Shown piece by piece: positions 56,949-64,000 of a stretch of DNA of 64,000 bases. The notes beneath the pieces were generated by a model that saw only the letters and a list, made by a program, of their open reading frames with translations, was not told the DNA's origin and searched no databases. Both the position numbers and the translations under genes were made by a program. The DNA lies in NCBI GenBank assembly GCA_040901985.1, contig JBBDYC010000008.1, positions 176,490-240,489 of the forward strand. The letters are read 5' to 3'. Within the stretch, counting starts at the first letter, position 1. The number at the start of each line of letters is the position of its first letter. This DNA is from Gemmatimonadaceae bacterium. Its GTDB lineage: Bacteria; Gemmatimonadota; Gemmatimonadetes; Gemmatimonadales; Gemmatimonadaceae.

Positions 56949-58525
56949 TGCGCCGCGTCCACGGACCTGTCACTGCGCTGCTGCTCGTGGCGCTCGTGGC
57001 GCCGGTCGTTGCTCCGCAGGGCGCGCCGACCGTCACGCGAGCCCGCACGGCCGCCGAGGACCTGCAGCTGTTCAGCCAGGTCTTCAACCAGATCCGCGTC
57101 AACCATCCGGACTCGATTGACTCGCACCGACTCTTTATGGCGGCGATCCAGGCGATGGTCCGGGCCACCGACCCGCATTCGTACGTAATCCCTGCGGTGC
57201 GGCTCGAGCCGGGCAAGGAGGCGCAGCTACGGGCGGGCCGGTTGCACCCGGTGCCAATTACCTTCGCGTTCGTCGGCGGGTCGGCAGTCGTCGTCTCGGT
57301 GGGCGCGGGGACCGACGCGAGTCGTCGCGACATCCTTGCTGGAGACGAGCTGGTGGCGTTCGACGGCCAGCCGATGCGCGCCGAGAGCGCGCTCGAACTC
57401 GAGATCACGCTCGCCGGTCCGCGTGGCAGCACGGTGGACCTGACCTTCGAACGCCGGCGCCTCGACGGCACCTACGCGTCCCTGATGCGGCGCGTGCGGC
57501 GCGAGCGCTATTCGGAGGAGACCGCGGTTCCGGCGGCTATGATGCTCGACGCGACCACCGGCTACGTGCGCATCACGACCTTCGACTCCGAGAAGGTCGC
57601 CGCCGACCTGCGGTCGGCGTTGCAACGACTGGAGCGCAACGGAATGCAGCGGCTCGTGCTCGACCTGCGCCAGAATGGCGGCGGCTACGTGGACGAAGCC
57701 GCCACCATCGCCGGGGAATTCCTCCCGACCGGCACCGTCGTCTACACCTCCGAGGGACGTCGCGCCTCGGCGGTGGACACCGGACGGGTCAAGCGGTCGT
57801 TCTGGCGCAGCGAGCGCCAGTATCCGATAATTGTGCTGATTGACGACGGCACGGCCAGCGCATCGGAACTGGTGGCCGGCGCACTGCAGGACCACGACCG
57901 GGCGCTGATTGTCGGCCAGCCGAGTTTCGGAAAATCGCTGATGATGACCGGATTCCCGCTCTCCGATGGGTCAATCCTCGTGCTCGTGATCGGCCAGATT
58001 CGAACCCCCTGCGGCCGGGCCGTGCAGCGGCAGTACCGGGACTTGACCGTGCGCAACTACTATCGGCTCGCGCTCGCCGAGCGCGATACGGCCGGTCGGC
58101 CCTCCTGCCGGACGACTTCCGGTCGCACCGTCTATGGCGGCGGCGGGATTTACCCCGACGTACGCACCGAACGACCGCTTGACGCGCCGCCCTGGTACCG
58201 TCGGCTCAACGAACTCGATGTCCCGCCCAGCTGGGTCGGCGGGTTCGTCACCGCGCAGGGAAATGCGCTCGGCACGCTCGAATCGTTTGCGAGCGCGCCG
58301 GCGCTCCCCGCCGGCACCGCCGACGCCTTCCGCACGTTCGCCGCCGAACGGGGCGTCGAGGTGCCGCGGTCGGCAGCCGACGACGCGAGGCTCGACCGCC
58401 TGCTCCTGCAGGTCATTGCGTACGCGAAGTGGGGGAATGCCGGACTGTACCAGGTCGAGGCGCGGATTGATCCAGATGTGACAGCGGCAATCCAGCACTT
58501 CGCGCTGATCCCGGCGCGTCCCTGA
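56948..58525 (+). CDS. S41 family carboxyl-terminal protease (PDZ)
   Basis: DPHS, PDZ (AGDELVAFDG), LDLRQNGGG, TASASELVAGALQDHDRA, SFGKS. 1-nt TGATG overlap with the TPR gene. Confidence 0.93.
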   Translation: MRRVHGPVTALLLVALVAPVVAPQGAPTVTRARTAAEDLQLFSQVFNQIRVNHPDSIDSHRLFMAAIQAMVRATDPHSYVIPAVRLEPGKEAQLRAGRLHPVPITFAFVGGSAVVVSVGAGTDASRRDILAGDELVAFDGQPMRAESALELEITLAGPRGSTVDLTFERRRLDGTYASLMRRVRRERYSEETAVPAAMMLDATTGYVRITTFDSEKVAADLRSALQRLERNGMQRLVLDLRQNGGGYVDEAATIAGEFLPTGTVVYTSEGRRASAVDTGRVKRSFWRSERQYPIIVLIDDGTASASELVAGALQDHDRALIVGQPSFGKSLMMTGFPLSDGSILVLVIGQIRTPCGRAVQRQYRDLTVRNYYRLALAERDTAGRPSCRTTSGRTVYGGGGIYPDVRTERPLDAPPWYRRLNELDVPPSWVGGFVTAQGNALGTLESFASAPALPAGTADAFRTFAAERGVEVPRSAADDARLDRLLLQVIAYAKWGNAGLYQVEARIDPDVTAAIQHFALIPARP

Positions 58526-58532
58526 CGGCAGT

Positions 58533-58574
58533 TTACGGCCGGACGCTTACGGCCGTGCGCTTACGGCCGCGTGC
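58533..58574. repeat. 14-bp tandem repeat x3 over the mocA stop codon
   Basis: ttacggccggacgc / ttacggccgtgcgc / ttacggccgcgtgc. Confidence 0.8.
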
Positions 58575-59154
58575 GGCGCACCGCGTCGTAGTCCGCCGGC
58601 GTGTCCACGTCTTGCAGCGCGGCCTGGGGCCAGTCGTGCATTCCGGCCTCGGCCCGGTGCGCCATCACGACACTCTTGCCGCAGCCCTCGCCCGTCCACG
58701 CGAGCAGTTCCGGCCAGAGCGCACGGCGGAAGAGGAGCGGCGGCGCAAGTACGTCGCCGTAGCGCGAGACCTGCAACGGTGCGGTGTCGGTCCGCGCCGC
58801 CTCCACCAGCGTGCCGATCATCGCCGCCGTCACGTGGACCATATCGGCGAGCAGGACCACGGTCGCGTCAACGTCCGTGCCGAGCGCGCGCAGGCCGGCG
58901 TGCAGTGACCCGCTTGTCGGCCCGGTGAAGTCGGGGTTCTCGGCGAACGCGACCTCAAGTCCCGCCAGCGCCTCGCGAAGCCGTTCGGGCTCGTGCCCGA
59001 GCACCACGACGATTGGCGAACATTTGGCGGCTTGTGCCCGCTCGACCACGACGCGAACCATCGGCGCCCCGTCCACCGGGAGCAGGAGTTTGTTGGTGCC
59101 CATCCGCCGCGACGCGCCGGCGGCGAGGATCACTGCGGCAATCGCCCCGCTCAC
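58561..59154 (-). CDS. mocA: molybdenum cofactor cytidylyltransferase-like nucleotidyltransferase
   Basis: ILAAGASRRMGTNKLLL, LADM, PPLLF, DVDTPADY. XDH-operon context. Confidence 0.85.
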   Translation of the reverse strand: MSGAIAAVILAAGASRRMGTNKLLLPVDGAPMVRVVVERAQAAKCSPIVVVLGHEPERLREALAGLEVAFAENPDFTGPTSGSLHAGLRALGTDVDATVVLLADMVHVTAAMIGTLVEAARTDTAPLQVSRYGDVLAPPLLFRRALWPELLAWTGEGCGKSVVMAHRAEAGMHDWPQAALQDVDTPADYDAVRRTRP

Positions 59155-60185
59155 GCGTCGGGCGACGCGTCGAGATGGATCGGGGCGCGCCGCTCGCGCA
59201 GCGACTGCGGTCGCCGCCCGCTCCGCACCGCGAGCATCTCCGCCACCACGGCGATCGCCACCTGCTCGGCGCCGTCGGTGCCGATGTCGAGTCCCACCGG
59301 GCCGAAGATCCGCGACTCGTCCACCGCCGCGCCTTCCGCGCGCAGGATTCCAAGGATGCGCTCGGTGCGCTGGCGCGGGCCGAGGACGCCGAGGTAGCGC
59401 GCCGGACTCCGCAGCAACGCGCGCAGGTAGTCCGTGTCGTCGGCAAAGTGGTGCGTCATCACGACGGCAAAGCTGTCGTGGTCGAGCACGACCCGCTCGG
59501 AGAGCCGCGCGGCGTCAGTTTCCACGAGCCGCACGCGCGCCGGAAAGCGCTCCTGGGCGAGCAGTCCGGGCCGCCGGTCGGCGACCACGACACGAAATCC
59601 GACATCGGCGGCGACCGTGGCAAGTACGCGCGCGTCGTCACCGGCGCTGACAACGAGCAGCCGCGGCGGTGGCTCCAGCACATCAACGAAGCGCGCGTCA
59701 GCGCCTTCGCCGACCAGGCGCGAGTCGCCCTGCGACATCCACGCCGACGCCAACGCTCCGGTGAGCACCTCGCGCGCGCCACTCGAGAGCGTGGTCACCG
59801 CCACGAACGCCTCCTCCGCGTCGAGCATCGTCCGCTCGGCGGTTCGCACGTCGGCCACCGGCTCGACGAGGATCTCCACCTCGCCGTCGCACCCGACGCC
59901 AAGATCCCACGCCGCGATCTCGTTCGCGCCGCCACAGTACGAGCGGCGCTCGGCCACTCCCGACGCCATCACCCGCCGCGCCACCTCGCGGACGTCCTCC
60001 TCAAGGCAGCCGCCGCTGACATTGCCCACCGCGCGTCCGTCCGCTGCGACGACGAGCTTGGCGCCTTCGTGGCGATACGCCGAGCCGCGTACGCGCACGA
60101 CCGTCGCCAGCGCGCACTTCACGCCGGCCGCGCGCCACTCGGCCAGCTGGTCGAACACCTGGCGCGTCTCGAGCCAGCGCTTCAC
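59151..60185 (-). CDS. xdhC: XdhC/CoxI molybdoenzyme maturation factor
   Basis: ATVVRVRGSAYR, VSGGCLE, GCDG, VMTHH, GPVGLDIG. Confidence 0.92.
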   Translation of the reverse strand: MKRWLETRQVFDQLAEWRAAGVKCALATVVRVRGSAYRHEGAKLVVAADGRAVGNVSGGCLEEDVREVARRVMASGVAERRSYCGGANEIAAWDLGVGCDGEVEILVEPVADVRTAERTMLDAEEAFVAVTTLSSGAREVLTGALASAWMSQGDSRLVGEGADARFVDVLEPPPRLLVVSAGDDARVLATVAADVGFRVVVADRRPGLLAQERFPARVRLVETDAARLSERVVLDHDSFAVVMTHHFADDTDYLRALLRSPARYLGVLGPRQRTERILGILRAEGAAVDESRIFGPVGLDIGTDGAEQVAIAVVAEMLAVRSGRRPQSLRERRAPIHLDASPDA

Positions 60186-60189
60186 GCGC

Positions 60190-62406
60190 TCAGCTCCACC
60201 GCAGGTCGTGCTTGGTGAGCGGGAGCGAGCGGACGCGCTTCCCGGTCGCCGCGAAGATTGCGTTGGTGAGCGCCGGCACGACCGGCGGCAGCGCCGGTTC
60301 GCCCATTCCCGTCGGCGGAAAGTCGGTGGTCCGGAAGTGGATCTCCACCTTTGGCGCCTGCGTGAGACGGAGCAGGGGAAAGTCGTGGAAGTTGCCCTGC
60401 TGCGTCCGCCCGCCCACAATCGTAATCTCCTGCGCCAGCGCCTCGGCGATGCCGTCGAGCACCGAGCCCTGCACCTGATTGATCGCGCCGCTCGGATTGA
60501 TGATGTGGCTGCCGACGTCGCCCACCGCCCAGACCTGGTCAATCGTCAGCTGGCCGTCGCGGCTCACGGTCGCCTGCACGACCTCGGCGAAGTAGCCGCG
60601 GTGGCTGAAGTGAAAGGCGACGCCCATCCCCGTGCCGCGCGGCAGTTGCCGCGTGCCCCACCCGGACTTCGCGGCCACGAGGTCGAGCACCCCGCGCATC
60701 CGCTCGGCGTTCATCGGCTGTGGCTGCGGGGGCCCGCCCGGCGCCGCCGCTGGCGGCGGAGTGACCTGCGCGAGCAACTCGCGCCGGAACTGCACCGGGT
60801 CCTTCCGCGCCGCGTGCGCGAGTTCGTCAACGAACGACTGGAAGACGAAGGCAAGTCCGTTGCTCCCCGGTGCGCGGAGGAAGCCTGTCGGCACGCCGAG
60901 CGGCATCACCGAAACGCCGAGCGCGAAGTTGGGGACGAAGAACGCTGGGAACTCGCCCGGCGAGATTCCCGCCGCCGGCGCGAAACCTGTCCCCTCGCCG
61001 AAGCTGACGAAGTGATTCTCCCACGCAACGAGCCTGCCGGCTCCGTCCACCGCGCCGCGAAGCCGGTGATAGCCGGCCGGCCGGTAGAAGTCGTGCTGCG
61101 TATCGTCCTCGCGCGTCCAGACGAGCTTCACCGGCGCGCCGGCAACGCGGGCGATCCACGCGGCCTCGACCATATAGTCGTTGTTCAATCGCCTCCCGAA
61201 GCCGCCCCCCGAGCGCACGATGTGGATTGCGATGTCGGCGGGAGCGATCCCCATCGTGTTCGCCACGAGGGTGCGCCCCGCCTGCGGATTCTGCGTCGGC
61301 GCCCAGATCTCCAGCTTGCCGTCGCGGAACGCCGCCGTGCAGTTCATCGGCTCCAGCGTGGCGTGCGCGAGGAACGGGTACTCGTAGGTGGCCTCGACGG
61401 CGGTGCCGCCGGCGATTGCCGCCGCCACGTTGCCGTCGGCGCGGAGCGACCGCTGCGGCCCGGCTGCGAAGAACTCATCGGCCTTGGCGCGGAACGCCGT
61501 TGACCCCTGCGCGGCGGTCGGATGCTCGGCCCAGGTCACACGCAGCCGTTGGCGCGCCGAGCGCGCCGCCCACCAGCTGTCTGCCACGATCGCCACGCCG
61601 CCGAGCAGGCCGTTGAGTTGCGTGCCGCCGTCCACGACGAAGGCGTGTCGCACTCCGGGGAGCGCCCTCACCTCGTCGAGGTTTGCGGTCGCGACCTTCG
61701 CCGCGAACACCGGCGCCTTCTCGAATACCGCGTGGAGCATTCCCGGGACGGTGATGTCAATGCCGAACAGGGGTTGGCCAGTCACGATCTTCGGGTTGTC
61801 AATTCCTCCGATCGCCCTGCCGATGATCCGGAAGTCCTTGGGATCCTTCAACCTGACGGTCGCCGGGTCGGGGGCGGGGAGAGTCGCCGCCCGTTCGGCA
61901 AGCGCGCTGTACTCCGCGCGCCGGCGCGAACCGTGGTGATGTACCGCGCCGCCGCCGGTCGTCAGCTCGACCTCCGGGACGCCGAAGGTCTGCGCGGCCG
62001 CGGTGATGAGGAGTTGGCGTCCCACCGCGCCGGCCCGGCGCAGCGGCTCCCAGTTCGTCGGCGTCGCCGTGCTGCCGCCCGCCACCTGGGACCCGTACTT
62101 GGCCGGATCGCTCATCGCCTGCTCGATCGTGATCCGCTCGAACGGCACGTCGAGTTCCTCGGCGATCAGCATCGGGAGCATCGTCTTGACGCCTTGGCCG
62201 ATTTCGGGGTTCTTGGCCATCACGGTGATCGTGCCGTCGGTCGAGATATGGATGAAGGCGTTGGGCGAGAACTCCGCCTCTCCGTCCGGACCGGCGGCGT
62301 GGAGCGTGCCGGTGGCGCCGTAGTCGAGCCAGGTACCGAGGAGGAGCCCGCCGCCGGCGACGGAGGTCACGCGCAGGAAGTCGCGCCGGTCGAGTTGCGT
62401 GGTCAC
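60190..62406 (-). CDS. iorB: isoquinoline 1-oxidoreductase beta-like molybdopterin subunit with Tat signal
   Basis: DRRDFL Tat motif, EIGQG, AEELD, HATLEPMN, GGGFGRR, GMGEPALPP. Confidence 0.9.
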   Translation of the reverse strand: MTTQLDRRDFLRVTSVAGGGLLLGTWLDYGATGTLHAAGPDGEAEFSPNAFIHISTDGTITVMAKNPEIGQGVKTMLPMLIAEELDVPFERITIEQAMSDPAKYGSQVAGGSTATPTNWEPLRRAGAVGRQLLITAAAQTFGVPEVELTTGGGAVHHHGSRRRAEYSALAERAATLPAPDPATVRLKDPKDFRIIGRAIGGIDNPKIVTGQPLFGIDITVPGMLHAVFEKAPVFAAKVATANLDEVRALPGVRHAFVVDGGTQLNGLLGGVAIVADSWWAARSARQRLRVTWAEHPTAAQGSTAFRAKADEFFAAGPQRSLRADGNVAAAIAGGTAVEATYEYPFLAHATLEPMNCTAAFRDGKLEIWAPTQNPQAGRTLVANTMGIAPADIAIHIVRSGGGFGRRLNNDYMVEAAWIARVAGAPVKLVWTREDDTQHDFYRPAGYHRLRGAVDGAGRLVAWENHFVSFGEGTGFAPAAGISPGEFPAFFVPNFALGVSVMPLGVPTGFLRAPGSNGLAFVFQSFVDELAHAARKDPVQFRRELLAQVTPPPAAAPGGPPQPQPMNAERMRGVLDLVAAKSGWGTRQLPRGTGMGVAFHFSHRGYFAEVVQATVSRDGQLTIDQVWAVGDVGSHIINPSGAINQVQGSVLDGIAEALAQEITIVGGRTQQGNFHDFPLLRLTQAPKVEIHFRTTDFPPTGMGEPALPPVVPALTNAIFAATGKRVRSLPLTKHDLRWS

Positions 62407-62415
62407 GGGCGCCTC

Positions 62416-62883
62416 CTATTCGTTGTTCGCGGCGAGGACCGCGGCGCGATGGATGCCTTCACGGATGCGGGCGTAGGTCGCGCAGCGGCAGAGGTTGCCG
62501 TTCATCGCCGCGTCAATGTCCGCGTCGGTCGGCTTCGGCGTCCGCGCGAGGAGCGCGGCGGCGCTCATCAGCTGGCCGGCCTGGCAGTATCCGCACTGCG
62601 GGACGTCCAGCTCCGTCCAGGCACGCTGCAGCGCGTGCGTGCCGTCGCTCGAGAGCCCCTCGATGGTGGTGATCTCGGCGCCCGCCGCGGCGACCGCCGG
62701 CAGGACGCAACTGCGGGTCGGGGCGCCATTCAGGTGGACCGTGCAGGCGCCGCAGTGGGCCGCGCCGCACCCGAACTTGGTGCCCTTAAGATCGAGCACG
62801 TCCCGCAGCACCCAGAGAAGGGGCATGTCGGCGGGGACGTCCACCGTCCGCCGAGTCCCATTGACCGAGAAGGTGACCTGCAT
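62416..62883 (-). CDS. iorA: (2Fe-2S) small subunit of XDH-family oxidoreductase
   Basis: [29 protein letters not shown]. Confidence 0.93.
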   Translation of the reverse strand: MQVTFSVNGTRRTVDVPADMPLLWVLRDVLDLKGTKFGCGAAHCGACTVHLNGAPTRSCVLPAVAAAGAEITTIEGLSSDGTHALQRAWTELDVPQCGYCQAGQLMSAAALLARTPKPTDADIDAAMNGNLCRCATYARIREGIHRAAVLAANNE

Positions 62884-63040
62884 CCGAACGCTCCTGACGA
62901 GGGGGCTGGCTCAACATCGCATCGGGGGAGTGGCGCCGCAACGCGCTGACACCCGCACACCGCCGAGGGTACGCGCCACCGGTGAGTGAGGTACGCGCGC
63001 CCCCGGGCGAGGGTTGCCTTCCCGGCGATAGATTCCCCGG

Positions 63041-64000
63041 ATGCTGCCGGCATTCGTGCGCGACCTTCCGGGGTGGTGGCCGTATGGGCTGGGCGCGATC
63101 ATCCTCGCGCTCGACCTCGCGGCGAGCGCGCACGTGATCCTCCGGAAGCGTGATGTGCGGGCCGCGATCGGCTGGGTTGGCCTCATCTGGCTCGTCCCGG
63201 CCATCGGGGCCTTCCTCTATATGTTGCTCGGCCTGAACCGGATCCGGACCCGCGCGACGATGCTCCAGCGCGACCGGCGGCGGCTACAGCTGGCGACGCC
63301 GAGCGTTACGAGCATCGCGCGCATCGGGACCGAGGCGACGGTGGCGCCCGCCCTCAAGCCGCTGGCCCGTCTTGGCGAGCAGATGAGCGGCCGGCCGCTG
63401 CTGACCGGCAACCGCGTCGAGGTCCTCCAGAATGGCGACGAGGCCTATCCGGCGATGCTCGAGGCAATCGAAGGCGCGCGTCGGTCGGTGGCGCTGGCGA
63501 GCTTCATCTTCGGCGATGACCGGGCCGGACAGCCGTTCATCGAGGCGCTCGGCCGCGCCGTCGCGCGAGGGGTCGAGGTGCGGGTCCTTCTCGATTGGGC
63601 CGGCGTGAAGTACACCTGGCCGCCCGCCCATCGCGCCTTGCGCCGCGCCGGCGTGCGGACGGCGCTCTTTCTTCCCGGCCTGCGCGACGCCGGTCTCGCC
63701 TTCTTCAACCTGCGCAACCACCGCAAGGTGCTCACCGTGGACGGCCGGGTCGCCTTCGCCGGCGGCCTCAACATCCAGGCGCGCAACCTCCACGCTGACC
63801 GCCCCAAGCACCCGGTGCGCGACCTGCACTTCCGGCTTGAGGGGCCAATCGTGGGCCAACTACAGGAGGCGTTCGCCGAGGACTGGGTCTTCACCACCCG
63901 CGAGGTGCTCGATGGCGCCGCGTGGTATCCGGCCCTGATTCCGGCAGGGAACACGACTGCCCGGTGCTACACCGACGGCCCCGATGGCGACCTCGAGATC
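63041..64000 (+). CDS. cls: cardiolipin synthase (phospholipase D family), 3'-truncated
   Basis: Absent from the ORF track because it has no stop. My translation gives MLPAFV.. with 2 TM (AAIGWVGLIWLVP), GNRVEVLQNGDEAY and the HKD motif NLRNHRKVLTVDG..GGLNI. Confidence 0.92.
   Translation, partial: MLPAFVRDLPGWWPYGLGAIILALDLAASAHVILRKRDVRAAIGWVGLIWLVPAIGAFLYMLLGLNRIRTRATMLQRDRRRLQLATPSVTSIARIGTEATVAPALKPLARLGEQMSGRPLLTGNRVEVLQNGDEAYPAMLEAIEGARRSVALASFIFGDDRAGQPFIEALGRAVARGVEVRVLLDWAGVKYTWPPAHRALRRAGVRTALFLPGLRDAGLAFFNLRNHRKVLTVDGRVAFAGGLNIQARNLHADRPKHPVRDLHFRLEGPIVGQLQEAFAEDWVFTTREVLDGAAWYPALIPAGNTTARCYTDGPDGDLEI

Noticed and set aside
45601..58574. Short repeats considered as CRISPR or att sites
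   Set aside because: They have no unique spacers, the units are too short, and no cas or integrase gene is present.
62884..63040. Possible Moco riboswitch upstream of iorA
   Set aside because: I cannot identify the conserved Moco RNA motif elements. Only a 9-nt direct repeat (ggtacgcgc) is visible. An Rfam covariance search would settle it.

Overview
A very GC-rich (visibly about 70% or more), gene-dense bacterial chromosomal segment with about 60 genes. Its gene repertoire suggests Gemmatimonadota, but that is inference. I see no rRNA, tRNA, CRISPR array, transposase, integrase or prophage. Most genes are housekeeping or metabolic: pfkA, sthA, ispH, fahA, gluQ, HMG-CoA lyase, MscS, MgtE, ABC-F, a DEAD-box helicase and a partial cls. 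There are two clear operons. One is an abm-like aerobic (amino)benzoate-CoA cluster (35.6-44.5 kb) with a palindromic operator candidate and a FabH-like enzyme appended. The other is an iorA-iorB-xdhC-mocA molybdoenzyme operon. The most unusual signals are: (1) an HrpB-like DExH helicase whose motif Ia appears transposed N-terminal to Walker A; (2) TANNNT boxes 6-8 nt before many ATGs, suggesting widespread leaderless mRNAs; (3) an aryl-CoA ligase coupled to a KAS III, reminiscent of PqsA/PqsD; (4) two probable pseudoenzymes; (5) a frameshifted TPR gene with an intact paralogue coupled to an S41 protease; (6) short tandem repeats that copy gene 3' ends at convergent junctions. I cannot confirm a wholly new system from sequence alone. 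All product calls come from motif recognition, not database searches.
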